Part shown: positions 27,421 to 37,297 of the stretch, in pieces | How positions within the stretch are numbered: the stretch's first letter is position 1 | Layout: each line of letters begins with the position of its first letter | From: an uncultured Bacteroides sp. | Lineage (GTDB): Bacteria > Bacillota > Clostridia > Oscillospirales > Acutalibacteraceae | Length of the DNA stretch: 61,412 nucleotides | Direction of reading: 5' to 3' | Assembly: GCA_964405895.1 (NCBI GenBank) | Contig: CAYOPQ010000001.1 | Coordinates: 1-61,412 of the forward strand | Position numbers and translations under genes: made by a program | Notes under the pieces: model-generated | What the model saw: only the letters and a program-made list of their open reading frames with translations | The model's database searches: none | Told to the model about the DNA's origin: nothing

Positions 27421-28463
27421 CTCCTCTGTTCCGCTCCGCGGGGCAGGGGAGTTTTAAACGCAAGGTTGTACATATCCGTATATTTGCACTGCCTGATAAA
27501 ATATTCAAGATTTTCTTCATCACAGTCGGAAAGCTTTGTTATTATTTTTTTGCCCGAATATTTTTTTATCCGGCTCAGGATTTCTCTGCCGCCGGCGCTG
27601 AAGCCCAGCACCCGGATTACCGGCACATCGTAGGATTTCCCTTCAATTCCCAAAAAAGCCCGCATAGCGATTCTGCGTATGCGTGAAAGCGTGTATCGCT
27701 TGGATTTCACGGAAAAAATAAAATCCTCATAGCTCTCGGCGCTCCCTGCCGCCTCATATAATTTATTTTCAAGCCCCTCGGTCACATCGGCTATCTTAAG
27801 AAAATCCGCCTGCGTCATGTTCCTGAGCCTGTACAGGAAAGCAGATTCGCAGTTTTTTACGCTTGCTGTGCTGTCTGCGGGAAGCCCTTTTCTTATTTCA
27901 GAGGCGCTGTACAGCTTATCGTCGCTGTCATGCCCCTTTCCGATTCTTTTTACCGCAAAGCAGTCAAGCGCCGTTTCCTTGATGTACTCGCAGGCAAGGA
28001 TATTGTTCGGCGTCTGTAATATATCACTGTCCATAACGCTGCTCCTCGCGGCGGGATAGGACATGCCGCTTTTCATCTTCATTTTGATTTCTTGCTGAAG
28101 TTCGGCACTTTTCAATTTATCCGCCGCTTTCCGCAGCTCGTCAATATGATCGTTTTCCGCTCCGAACGCGAGCATGTCAACAACGCCCAGACTCTCCGCA
28201 AGTCTGACGGCGCTCCTTGCAAACCCCTCGGCGGAGAGCAGCGCCTGCTCCGGCGGCAGCTCAATGATCAGATCCGCCCCGCCGCGCAACGCAGCGCCGG
28301 CTCTCGTAAATTTATCATATACTGCAAAATCGCCGCGCTGCACAAAATTGCCGCTCATTATGCATATTATTTTACTGTCCGGGTATTTCTCCCTGATTCG
28401 GCTAAACAGATATTCGTGCCCGCTGTGAAACGGATTGAATTCACTGATTACAGCTATGTTCAT
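27402..28463 (-). CDS. tmcAL: tRNA(Met) cytidine acetate ligase (HIGH nucleotidyltransferase)
   Basis: SEFNPFHSGH, MSGNFVQRG, PNNILACEY, SASEIR, KSKRYTLSRIRR. Confidence 0.9.
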   Translation of the reverse strand: MNIAVISEFNPFHSGHEYLFSRIREKYPDSKIICIMSGNFVQRGDFAVYDKFTRAGAALRGGADLIIELPPEQALLSAEGFARSAVRLAESLGVVDMLAFGAENDHIDELRKAADKLKSAELQQEIKMKMKSGMSYPAARSSVMDSDILQTPNNILACEYIKETALDCFAVKRIGKGHDSDDKLYSASEIRKGLPADSTASVKNCESAFLYRLRNMTQADFLKIADVTEGLENKLYEAAGSAESYEDFIFSVKSKRYTLSRIRRIAMRAFLGIEGKSYDVPVIRVLGFSAGGREILSRIKKYSGKKIITKLSDCDEENLEYFIRQCKYTDMYNLAFKTPLPRGAEQRSQIVII

Positions 28464-28500
28464 AAAAACCTCTTAAATAACAAAAAAATATATAATATAC

Positions 28501-28529
28501 TTGACATTTTTTATTTTAGTATATATTAT
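28501..28529 (+). promoter_or_regulatory. Sigma70 promoter of ackA
   Basis: TTGACA-17 bp-TATTAT. Confidence 0.65.
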
Positions 28530-28573
28530 TATATTAATAATTAATTTATTTTTCAATAGCGAGGGATATAATT

Positions 28574-29794
28574 GTGAAAATTCTTGTAATCAACTGCGGC
28601 AGCTCGTCCCTTAAATTCCAACTGATCAATATGGACGATGAATCGGTAATCTGCAAGGGAACTATTGAAAGAATCGGCCTTCCGATTCAGGGCGGCGAAA
28701 GCAATGTCGGTTATCACGCCGGCGGAAAAGAGCTTGTTTTTGACCGTGAAGTCCCGTCGCATGTTGATGCTTTCAACACTGTTATGGAGCTTATGACGCA
28801 AAGCGAATTAAAAGTGCTTGATTCGCTTGATGAGATTGACGCTGTCGGCCACCGCGTAGTTCAGGGCGGTGAAAAATATAATAAGAGCGTTTTAATAGAT
28901 GAAACTGTTGTGCAGGATATAGAAAATATGATCCCGCTTGCGCCTCTGCATAATCCCGCCAATCTTCAGGGGTATGAGGCTTGCCTGTCCCTGTTGGGTC
29001 CCAAAGTCCCTCAAATCGCGGTATTCGATACTGCGTTTCACAGCACGATGCCGCCTATGGCGTATATGTATGCTCTTCCTTATGAGTATTTTGAAAAATA
29101 CGGTGTCCGCCGTTACGGCTTCCACGGCACTTCCCATAAATATATAAGCGCGCGCTGCGCGGAAAAAATGGATGTAAATATTGAAAAAATCAAGATGATC
29201 ACCTGCCATCTCGGCAACGGCTCATCTATCGCCGCAATAAAATTCGGCAAGGTGTTTGATACATCTATGGGCTTTACCCCGCTTGACGGCTTTATGATGG
29301 GCACCCGCTCCGGCGGCATTGACCCCTCTGTTGTCACATTCCTTCAGCAAAAGCTCAGCCTTACGCCTAAGCAGGTAGAGGAAATTCTGAATAAGCAATC
29401 CGGTGTAAGCGCCATTTCCGGCGGCTATTCCGATGACCGTGATATTGTTGCAAAGCAAAATGAGGGCGATGAACGAGCAATACTTGCGCATGAGATGCAG
29501 GCGTATCAGATTGCTAAATACATAGGCTCTTATGTTGCGGCAATGAACGGTGTAGACGCTATTGTTTTTACGGGCGGCATCGGTGAAAACGGATTCTGGC
29601 TCAGGGCGAAGGTATGCTCTTATCTCGGTTACCTCGGCGTAAATATCAATCAGTCGATAAACCAAAAGGCTGTAAAGGGCGCGGAGGCTGAATTGACGCT
29701 TCCGAGCGACAAGGTAAGAGTTTTTGTGCTTGCAACGAATGAGGAACTGATGATTGCAAGAGATACTAAAGAAATTGTTGAAAATTTAAAATAA
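28574..29794 (+). CDS. ackA: Acetate kinase
   Basis: ILVINCGSSSLK, GHRVVQGG, APLHNP, FDTAFH, YGFHGTSH, FTGGIGEN, TNEELMIA. Confidence 0.98.
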   Translation: MKILVINCGSSSLKFQLINMDDESVICKGTIERIGLPIQGGESNVGYHAGGKELVFDREVPSHVDAFNTVMELMTQSELKVLDSLDEIDAVGHRVVQGGEKYNKSVLIDETVVQDIENMIPLAPLHNPANLQGYEACLSLLGPKVPQIAVFDTAFHSTMPPMAYMYALPYEYFEKYGVRRYGFHGTSHKYISARCAEKMDVNIEKIKMITCHLGNGSSIAAIKFGKVFDTSMGFTPLDGFMMGTRSGGIDPSVVTFLQQKLSLTPKQVEEILNKQSGVSAISGGYSDDRDIVAKQNEGDERAILAHEMQAYQIAKYIGSYVAAMNGVDAIVFTGGIGENGFWLRAKVCSYLGYLGVNINQSINQKAVKGAEAELTLPSDKVRVFVLATNEELMIARDTKEIVENLK

Positions 29795-29814
29795 ATTGAA
29801 AAGGAGGAGTATGG

Positions 29815-30033
29815 ATGCCTGAAATCAAATATGAGATCACTAAGCATATCGGTGTTATTTCCGAAACCGCCAGGGGTTGGACGCGCGAAGTGAATATGAT
29901 TTCTTGGAACGGCCGCGATCCGAAGATTGATGTTAGGGATTGGTCGCCGGATCACTCAAAAATGAGCAAAGGCCTTACCTTTACCAAAGAAGAAATCGTT
30001 GAACTCAAAAAGCTTGTTGACGAGCTTGATTAA
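29815..30033 (+). CDS. YdbC / PC4-like ssDNA-binding protein
   Basis: GWTREVNMISWNGRDPKIDVRDWSPDHSKMSKGLT; AGGAGG RBS. Confidence 0.9.
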   Translation: MPEIKYEITKHIGVISETARGWTREVNMISWNGRDPKIDVRDWSPDHSKMSKGLTFTKEEIVELKKLVDELD

Positions 30034-30036
30034 AAT

Positions 30037-30074
30037 TTTAGGGGCAGCTTAAATAGATTAGGTTGCCCTTGAAA
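30037..30074 (+). terminator. Terminator after ackA-ydbC
   Basis: aggggcagctt ... aggttgccctt stem followed by T-rich sequence. Confidence 0.55.
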
Positions 30075-30131
30075 TTTTGTTTAAGAAGTTTATAATATCA
30101 TTGTGATATTGAATCAGAGGAAGTATATAAA

Positions 30132-32759
30132 ATGAAATGGACATCTTTAAACGATCTTAGAGAAAAGTATCTTTCTTTTTTTGAAAGCAAGGGGCATTTA
30201 AGGCTTCCGAGTTTTTCGCTTGTACCGGAAAATGATAAAAGCCTGCTCCTCATAAATTCCGGCATGGCGCCGATGAAAAAGTATTTTACGGGCGAGGTTA
30301 CGCCTCCGTCTAAAAGAGTTACCACCTGCCAGAAATGTATCAGGACTCCGGATATTGAAAGAGTCGGCAAAACCGCGCGCCACGGCACTTATTTTGAAAT
30401 GCTCGGCAATTTCAGCTTCGGTGATTATTTCAAGCACGAGGCGGTTGCCTGGGCTTGGGAATTTTGCACGGAAGTTCTTGAAATGCCGGTTGATAAGCTT
30501 TGGGTCACAATCTATGAGAACGACGATGAAGCTTATGATATTTGGGTTAATGAAATCGGCGTAGACCCCTCGCACATTGTAAGGCTCGGCAAGGAAGACA
30601 ATTTCTGGGAGCACGGTCAGGGACCGTGCGGGCCGTGCAGTGAGATATATTTTGACCGCGGTGAAAAATACGGCTGCGGAAAGCCGGACTGCGCGCCCGG
30701 CTGTGATTGTGACAGATATACGGAATTTTGGAATAATGTATTCAGCCAGTTTAATAATGACGGCAACGGCAATTATACGGAGCTTGCCCAAAAGAATATA
30801 GATACCGGTATGGGCCTTGAAAGACTCGCCTGTATACTTCAGGGTGTGGATAATCTGTTTGAGGTTGATACCGTACAGAATATAATGAAGAAAATTTCCG
30901 ATATTGCCGGCGTAAAATATCATGAAAACGAAAAAACGGATGTTTCTTTGCGCGTTATAACCGACCATATCCGTTCGTCGGTGTTTATGGTTGGCGACGG
31001 CGTTATCCCGTCAAACTCAGGCAGGGGATATGTGCTCAGAAGGCTCATCAGAAGAGCGTGCCGCCACGGCAGGCTCCTCGGCGTAACGGAGCCGTTCCTT
31101 TATAAGGTTGCCGATACGGTTATTGATGAAAATGTATGCGCATATGACTACCTTGAAGGCAAAAGAGAAATCATCAGAAAAGTAATTGAGGCGGAGGAAA
31201 AGTCCTTCGGCAAAACGATTGACGCGGGTCTTTCACTGCTTCAGGAATATATTGACCGTACGGAGGGTACTGTTTTCTCCGGGGAAGATGCATTTAAGCT
31301 GAACGATACTTTCGGCTTCCCGCTCGATCTCACCAAGGATATTCTTGAAGAGATGGGCTTGACCGTTGACGAGGATAAGTTCAACGCGCTTCTTTCCAAT
31401 CAGAAAGCAACCGCCCGCGCCGCAAGAAAGGATGCGGGTGCTGATGCGTGGAAGAACGAATCCGTCAGATTTGACTGTGACGCAACCGTTTTCACCGGAT
31501 ATTCGGAATTTGATACGGACGCGACCGTTCTTGCTCTCGTCAATTCCGCCGGAGAGCTTTGCGATATGCTCGGCTCCGGCGAGGACGGCACGGTAGTACT
31601 TGATAAAACGCCGTTTTACGCGCTTTCGGGCGGTCAGGTCGGCGACAGCGGCGTTCTCAAAGCGGATGATAATGTATTTATCGTAGCCGATACCACTAAA
31701 AATGACGACGGCGTTTACCTCCATAAGGGAAGCGTTTCGCGCGGCATAATCAGTGTGGGCGATGTTGTTTCTGCGTCGCTGAACAAAAGCAGAAGAGAAT
31801 CCATTATGCGCAACCATACCGCGGCGCACCTGCTTCAGGCGGCTCTGAGAGAAATCCTCGGTTCCCATGTTGAACAGGCCGGTCAGCTTGTAAACGAGCA
31901 CGAGGTCAGGTTCGATTTCACACATTTCAACCCTATGACACCTGCTGAAATCGGTAAGGTCGAATATTTGGTAAATGATTTCATTATGAAATCCATACCT
32001 GTTGAGATGAAAGAAATGCCCATTGAAGAGGCGAAGAAGCTCGGAGCCATGATGCTTTTCGGTGAAAAATACGGCGATATTGTACGCGTTGTCAAGGCGG
32101 GCGATTTTTCACTTGAATTCTGCGGGGGCACACATGTTTCCAACAGCGGTCAAATCGGTCTTTTCAAAATCGTATCCGAATCCTCGGTTGCCGCAGGCGT
32201 AAGAAGGATCCAGGCTGTTACCGGTTTCGGGCTGCTGGGCTACCTGAATACAGGGGAAACGATTTTGAAAACGGTGTCCTCATTACTCAAGACAGGTGAA
32301 AATGAACTGGAAAAACGCGTTTCATCCGTTATGAGCGAATTGCATGAAAAAGATAAAACGATTCAGAGCCTGAATGTGGAAATATCAAAGCTGAAGAGCG
32401 CCGAGGCGTTCTCAAAGCCCGTTGATATAGACGGCCTTGAGCTTTATGTAGGCCGTGTTGACGGCTCTACTCCCGATGCACTTCGCAAAATGGGCGATGA
32501 GCTCAAGGCGAAGGGCGAAAACACGATAGGCGTTGTTGCCGGCGCAACAGGGGACAAGGCTTCAATCGTTGCCGTATGCGCGCCGGGCGCTGTTGCAAAA
32601 GGCGTTAAAGCAGGTGATCTCGTTCGTGAAATCGCCAAGCTTGCGGGCGGAAGCGGCGGCGGTCGTCCCGATTCGGCTATGGCAGGCGCTAAGGATGTTT
32701 CCAGGCTCGGCGACGCGCTTGATAAAGTAAGCGATATAGTATCTTCCATGTTGAAATAA
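30132..32759 (+). CDS. alaS: Alanine--tRNA ligase
   Basis: RHGTYFEMLGNFSFGDYFK, GPCGPCSEI, IDTGMGLER, NHTAAHLL, EFCGGTHV, GGGRPDSAMAG. Confidence 0.99.
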   Translation: MKWTSLNDLREKYLSFFESKGHLRLPSFSLVPENDKSLLLINSGMAPMKKYFTGEVTPPSKRVTTCQKCIRTPDIERVGKTARHGTYFEMLGNFSFGDYFKHEAVAWAWEFCTEVLEMPVDKLWVTIYENDDEAYDIWVNEIGVDPSHIVRLGKEDNFWEHGQGPCGPCSEIYFDRGEKYGCGKPDCAPGCDCDRYTEFWNNVFSQFNNDGNGNYTELAQKNIDTGMGLERLACILQGVDNLFEVDTVQNIMKKISDIAGVKYHENEKTDVSLRVITDHIRSSVFMVGDGVIPSNSGRGYVLRRLIRRACRHGRLLGVTEPFLYKVADTVIDENVCAYDYLEGKREIIRKVIEAEEKSFGKTIDAGLSLLQEYIDRTEGTVFSGEDAFKLNDTFGFPLDLTKDILEEMGLTVDEDKFNALLSNQKATARAARKDAGADAWKNESVRFDCDATVFTGYSEFDTDATVLALVNSAGELCDMLGSGEDGTVVLDKTPFYALSGGQVGDSGVLKADDNVFIVADTTKNDDGVYLHKGSVSRGIISVGDVVSASLNKSRRESIMRNHTAAHLLQAALREILGSHVEQAGQLVNEHEVRFDFTHFNPMTPAEIGKVEYLVNDFIMKSIPVEMKEMPIEEAKKLGAMMLFGEKYGDIVRVVKAGDFSLEFCGGTHVSNSGQIGLFKIVSESSVAAGVRRIQAVTGFGLLGYLNTGETILKTVSSLLKTGENELEKRVSSVMSELHEKDKTIQSLNVEISKLKSAEAFSKPVDIDGLELYVGRVDGSTPDALRKMGDELKAKGENTIGVVAGATGDKASIVAVCAPGAVAKGVKAGDLVREIAKLAGGSGGGRPDSAMAGAKDVSRLGDALDKVSDIVSSMLK

Positions 32760-32770
32760 GAGGTGTTTAT

Positions 32771-33103
32771 ATGTGTTTGTTCTGTGAGATCATCAACGGA
32801 AATATTCCCGGCGATAAGGTTTATGAGGACGATATGATTTGCGCGTTTAAAGATGTTAATCCCGTCGCGCCCGTGCATATTCTGGTTGTTCCTAAGCTGC
32901 ATATAGCCTGCGTCAATGAGATTTCCGAGGAAAATTCAAAGTATGTTGCGCATATTTTTGAAAAAATACCTGAGATTGCGAAATCCCAGGGCATTGAGAG
33001 CTATAGAATCATCAACAACTGCGGAAAGGACGCGGGGCAGTCTGTTATGCACCTTCATTTCCACCTTATCGGCGGCACGGAATTGGGAGAGAAAATATTA
33101 TGA
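32771..33103 (+). CDS. Histidine triad (HIT/Hint) protein
   Basis: CLFCEI, GQSVMHLHFHLIGG. Confidence 0.95.
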   Translation: MCLFCEIINGNIPGDKVYEDDMICAFKDVNPVAPVHILVVPKLHIACVNEISEENSKYVAHIFEKIPEIAKSQGIESYRIINNCGKDAGQSVMHLHFHLIGGTELGEKIL

Positions 33104-33642
33104 GCAGTGAATATTATACCTTGAATATCGCGGGGCTCAAAAGAAATTTAAAAAAATTCCCCGTAAACGATAAGCTCGATATTGCCGCGTTCATTCTTTT
33201 CGGCGATGTTGAATTAACGGAGCACTGCGCGAAAGAGCTTTTGAAATTAACACCCGATTTTGACTATATATTAACGCCGGAGGCGAAAAGTATTCCTCTT
33301 GCTTATGAAATGAGCCGCCTCAGCGGTAAAAAATATATTGTTATCAGAAAAAGCGTTAAGGTTTATATGGACGATCCTGTTGAAATCAGTGAAACCTCCA
33401 TTACAACAAAGGGTACGCAAAGCCTTTATCTCGGTCATGAGGACGGGGACCTGTTGAAGGATAAAAAGGTTATCATCGTTGATGATGTGATCTCCACCGG
33501 TGAATCTCTGGCGGCGTGCCAAAAGGTTGCGGACGCTTTTGGCGCAAAAACAGTCGCCTGCTGCGCGCCTCTGGCTGAGGGTGATGCGGCGGAAAGAAAA
33601 GATATCATTTTTCTTGAAAAACTGCCGTTGTTCTTTAAATAA
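33100..33642 (+). CDS. Type I phosphoribosyltransferase (adenine PRT-like)
   Basis: PEAKSIPLA and PRPP-binding loop VIIVDDVISTGES. Confidence 0.9.
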   Translation: MSSEYYTLNIAGLKRNLKKFPVNDKLDIAAFILFGDVELTEHCAKELLKLTPDFDYILTPEAKSIPLAYEMSRLSGKKYIVIRKSVKVYMDDPVEISETSITTKGTQSLYLGHEDGDLLKDKKVIIVDDVISTGESLAACQKVADAFGAKTVACCAPLAEGDAAERKDIIFLEKLPLFFK

Positions 33643-33738
33643 CGCGCTTCGTTCTTACAGGTATGCCTGTTTATAAACGAATATGTATTTTTTATCCCTT
33701 AACGGTCATAATACCGTTAGGGGATTTTATATTTTGAG

Positions 33739-34704
33739 GTGCTTGATATGCTTGGCAGTGATTTTAAAGACAGCAAAAAGGTTGCCGTTGTCGGCGTGGG
33801 CATGGTGGGTATGAGCTTTGCCTATGCGCTTCTGAACCAAAATATATGCGATGAGCTCTGCCTTATAGATATTGATAAGGAACGGGCGGCAGGGGAGGCG
33901 ATGGATCTTTCTCACGGCCTGCCGTTCGCGCCGAGCAGTATGAAAATCTATTCCGGAAGCTACAAGGACTGCGCAGATATGGATTTGATCGTAATCTGCG
34001 CGGGCGCGCCGCAGCTGCCGGGTGAGTCAAGGCGCGATCTGCTGCAAAAGAACTATAAGGTTTTCAAAACGATTGTGAAGCCCATTGTGGAAATCGGCTT
34101 CAGCGGCATTTTTCTTGTTGCCAGCAACCCGGTGGATGTGATGACAAAGGTTGTTTTGGAGCTTTCCGGATTCCCGGCGGAACGGGTGATCGGTTCGGGT
34201 ACTTCGCTGGATACGGCAAGGCTTCGCTATATGATTGGCGAATATTTTAAGGTGAATCCGCGCAATGTTCACGCCTATGTCATGGGCGAACACGGGGATT
34301 CGGAATTCGTAGCCTGGAGCAGCTCCATGATCTCGGTTTTGCCGATCAGAGAGCTTGAAACGCACAGCGAGCAGAGGATGGCGGATCTTGATAAAATCGC
34401 CGTCAATGTGCGTGATTCCGCATATAAAATCATCAAGGCAAAAAAGGCGACTTACTACGGCATCGGAATGGTGCTTGCCAGATTATCAAGGGCTGTCCTC
34501 AACGATGAGAATTCTATTTTTACCGTATCGGCGCATCTGAACGGCGAATACGCGCACAAGGGCCTTTATATAGGCGTTCCGGCGCTTATCAACAGAGCAG
34601 GCGTCAGAAAAATCCTTGAGGTCCCGCTCGATGACGAGGAACAAAATAATTTTTCCGCCTCCGTAAAGGTTATAGAGGAAATGCTTGAGGAAATCGGATT
34701 CTGA
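33739..34704 (+). CDS. ldh: L-lactate dehydrogenase
   Basis: GVGMVG, AGAPQLPGESRRDL (Gln specificity residue), SNPVD, LDTARLR, GEHGD; start may be ATG 33748. Confidence 0.93.
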   Translation: MLDMLGSDFKDSKKVAVVGVGMVGMSFAYALLNQNICDELCLIDIDKERAAGEAMDLSHGLPFAPSSMKIYSGSYKDCADMDLIVICAGAPQLPGESRRDLLQKNYKVFKTIVKPIVEIGFSGIFLVASNPVDVMTKVVLELSGFPAERVIGSGTSLDTARLRYMIGEYFKVNPRNVHAYVMGEHGDSEFVAWSSSMISVLPIRELETHSEQRMADLDKIAVNVRDSAYKIIKAKKATYYGIGMVLARLSRAVLNDENSIFTVSAHLNGEYAHKGLYIGVPALINRAGVRKILEVPLDDEEQNNFSASVKVIEEMLEEIGF

Positions 34705-34710
34705 AAATTG

Positions 34711-34752
34711 AAAAGCCTCCCGACTTTAAATTGATGTCGGAAGGCTTTTTTT
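34711..34752. terminator. Bidirectional terminator
   Basis: aaaagcctcccgac ... gtcggaaggcttttttt between convergent genes. Confidence 0.85.
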
Positions 34753-35443
34753 ATTTGTTGTTTTCCAGCAGATATGTGCCGCTTGACAGAATCGCAATCG
34801 CGTAGTCGCCGAATTTATAAAATTGTTTTACCCTCTCTTCAAAGGTAAGATAATCCGAAACGGTCAGATCGTTTCCGTCTATTCTTCTGACTTTATTCGT
34901 TGATGAGCACACATATATTTCGCCGTCGTCAACGGAAATGTGCGTGGGATTAACAAAGGTTGAAGTGTCCTTTCCGCCTATGCGTAAATCCACCTGCATG
35001 GTTTGGCACGAGTAGCGTATAACGCAGCTCTCGTTCGGGCAGATGCACCAAAAATACCTGCCGTCAAGCGAAAGTGAATTGACGATCTCGTCGTGATATT
35101 TGAAATATCCGCTCCAGGCGAGCTCGCCCTCTCTGTCAAATATACCGGCTTCGCCGTTCGGATAAATTACAAGCACGCGCCTGTCGTAAAGAATCGCCGC
35201 GTCACACTGCACAAAATTGGGAATGATCTCGCTGATCTTCTCAAAGGCAGAGCCGAATTTTTTGAACAGATACGCTTTCTTGGTGAGAACCTCCAGAGTT
35301 TTGTTTTCAAAGTCCACAACGCTGTATTTCGCCTTGAACTGATTGGTATTCAGTATGGGCCTTTTTTCAACGATTATCGCTTTGTTTCTGTCAAATTTTA
35401 AAACATCAACGATTTCCTTAGTGCTTATTTTTATCAAGATCAA
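34751..35443 (-). CDS. Uncharacterised protein, possible beta-propeller
   Basis: Long ORF overlapping the rex stop; repeated short beta-strand patterns (NPTHISVDDGEIYVC). Confidence 0.7.
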   Translation of the reverse strand: MILIKISTKEIVDVLKFDRNKAIIVEKRPILNTNQFKAKYSVVDFENKTLEVLTKKAYLFKKFGSAFEKISEIIPNFVQCDAAILYDRRVLVIYPNGEAGIFDREGELAWSGYFKYHDEIVNSLSLDGRYFWCICPNESCVIRYSCQTMQVDLRIGGKDTSTFVNPTHISVDDGEIYVCSSTNKVRRIDGNDLTVSDYLTFEERVKQFYKFGDYAIAILSSGTYLLENNK

Positions 35444-36075
35444 ACCTCCGATGAAGTAAGGTATCCCAAAGTCATAAGACTGTCCGTTAAATGTACATTT
35501 TCTACAAGAACCTCAGGATGAGCCATTGCAATATCATAGTTGCTGAAGTTCCAAAAGCTTTTTATCCCAAGATTTATCAACAGGTCGGTCAGCTCGCGCA
35601 TATCGTTGGACGGAATACAGATAACAGCGCATATCGGCTTGTTATCAATGCAGAAATTTTCTATATATTCAATATTTCTGACGGGTATGCCCTTTATCAT
35701 CTTGCCGCATATGGCTTCGTTTTTATCAAATATTCCGATAACATTGAAGCCGCTGTTGACGCTGAATATCTTGTTGCAGACCGCTTTGCCTAAATTTCCG
35801 GCGCCGATAAGTATGGTTTTGCGTTCTTTATCAACACCTAATATCTCGCCAATCTTATTATGCAGCTCCGGAACATTATAGCCGTAGCCCTGCTGACCGA
35901 ATCCGCCGAAGCAGTTAAAATCATGGCGTATCTGAGAAGCCGTAAGCCCCATTCGGTTTGCCAGTTCCTTTGAGCTGATTCTGACGATCCCGTTTTCCTT
36001 CAGACTCTGAAGGAATCTGTAATATCTCGGCAGCCTTTTAATAACGGAAAGTGATATTTCCTCTTTCTTTTCCAT
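35440..36075 (-). CDS. rex: Redox-sensing transcriptional repressor Rex
   Basis: KRLPRYYR, ISSKELA, QIRHDFNCFGGFGQQGYGY, GAGNLG, WNFS. Confidence 0.97.
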   Translation of the reverse strand: MEKKEEISLSVIKRLPRYYRFLQSLKENGIVRISSKELANRMGLTASQIRHDFNCFGGFGQQGYGYNVPELHNKIGEILGVDKERKTILIGAGNLGKAVCNKIFSVNSGFNVIGIFDKNEAICGKMIKGIPVRNIEYIENFCIDNKPICAVICIPSNDMRELTDLLINLGIKSFWNFSNYDIAMAHPEVLVENVHLTDSLMTLGYLTSSEV

Positions 36076-36099
36076 TGCTTTTACCTCTTTGAACAGCGG

Positions 36100-37272
36100 T
36101 TATTGGTTATTGATCGTATCCATAACGTAGTTGCCGAATTCCTCGCAGGTGCAGCCGGTGTCGCGGCCGGTAATGGTCAGCTTCTTTTCCTCAAACATAC
36201 ACTTGTCAAGCGCCTTTTCAAGCGCGTCGGCCTTATCCTGATAGCCTATGTGGGAAAGCAGCATTACGGATGCCCTGAGCATGCTGCACGGGTCGGCGTA
36301 TTTGCCCCTGCCCTCTGAAATCATTCTCGGCGCGGAGCCGTGGATAGCTTCAAACATGGCGTACTTTTTGCCGATATTGGCGGAGCCGGCAGTACCTACG
36401 CCGCCCTGAAATTCAGCCGCTTCGTCGGTAATAATGTCTCCGTACAGATTGGGAAGAACAAATACCTTAAAATCTTTTCTCCTGTTTGGATCTATAAGCT
36501 TTGCGGTTGTAATGTCAACATACCAGTCGTCCGTTACAATATCCGGGTATTCCTCGCCAATCTTCTTTGCCGTGTTGAGGAATTTCCCGTCCGTCGTCTT
36601 AATGATATTCGCCTTGGTTATGATTGATACTTTTCCCTTGTTGTTTTTTCTTGCGTATTCATATGCAAGGCGCGCGATTCTCTCGCAGCCCTCCTGCGTT
36701 GCCACTGTGAAATCAACGGCAAGGTCGTCTGTAATATTCACACCGTACGAGCCAACGGCATATCCGCCCTCAGTGTTTTCCCTGAAGAAAGTCCAGTCGA
36801 TGCCTTCCTCAGGAACGCGAACGGGTCTCATATTTGCAAAAAGGTCAAGTTCTTTTCTCATGGCTACATTCGCGGATTCCACATTCGGCCAGCCGTCTCC
36901 CTGGCGGGGTGTAGTTGTCGGGCCTTTAAGGATAACATGGCAGCTTTTCAGCTCTTCAAGCACATCGTCCGGTATGGCTTTAAGGCATTTTGCGCGGTTC
37001 TCTATTGTGAGCCCGTCAATTTCCTTAAATTCAACCTTGCCGGCGGCAACTTCGTCTTTAAGCAGAAAAGCAAGCACCCTTTCGCTTTCTTTTGTAATAA
37101 TCGGGCCTATGCCGTCTCCGCCGCATATGCCGATAATGATTTTGTCCAGCTTCTGATAATCGGTAAATTCATTATCCTCTTTGATTCTTTTTGCTCTCTC
37201 AAGCTGACCCTCCATAAGGCTTCTGAATTGCGCAACAGCGTTGTCGAGCGCAAGTTTTTCTTTATCGTCCAT
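36100..37272 (-). CDS. icd: Isocitrate dehydrogenase (isocitrate/isopropylmalate dehydrogenase family)
   Basis: GDGIGP, KGPTTTP, SANVAMRKELDLFANMRP, RENTEG, PNLYGDIITD, FEAIHGSAP; next to aconitase. Confidence 0.85.
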   Translation of the reverse strand: MDDKEKLALDNAVAQFRSLMEGQLERAKRIKEDNEFTDYQKLDKIIIGICGGDGIGPIITKESERVLAFLLKDEVAAGKVEFKEIDGLTIENRAKCLKAIPDDVLEELKSCHVILKGPTTTPRQGDGWPNVESANVAMRKELDLFANMRPVRVPEEGIDWTFFRENTEGGYAVGSYGVNITDDLAVDFTVATQEGCERIARLAYEYARKNNKGKVSIITKANIIKTTDGKFLNTAKKIGEEYPDIVTDDWYVDITTAKLIDPNRRKDFKVFVLPNLYGDIITDEAAEFQGGVGTAGSANIGKKYAMFEAIHGSAPRMISEGRGKYADPCSMLRASVMLLSHIGYQDKADALEKALDKCMFEEKKLTITGRDTGCTCEEFGNYVMDTINNQ

Positions 37273-37297
37273 TTTTATAACTCTCCTGTTCTTAATA

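Noticed and set aside
27402-29794. Divergent tmcAL/ackA pairing as a novel system
   Set aside because: A common clostridial arrangement with a known acetate link.
30034-30131. T-box leader for alaS
   Set aside because: Only ~100 bp, occupied by a terminator-like hairpin and AT-rich sequence; no T-box consensus visible.
33696-33724. Hairpin tcccttaacggt/accgttagggga before ldh as a riboswitch
   Set aside because: Better explained as a simple terminator or attenuator after the alaS-HIT-PRT genes.
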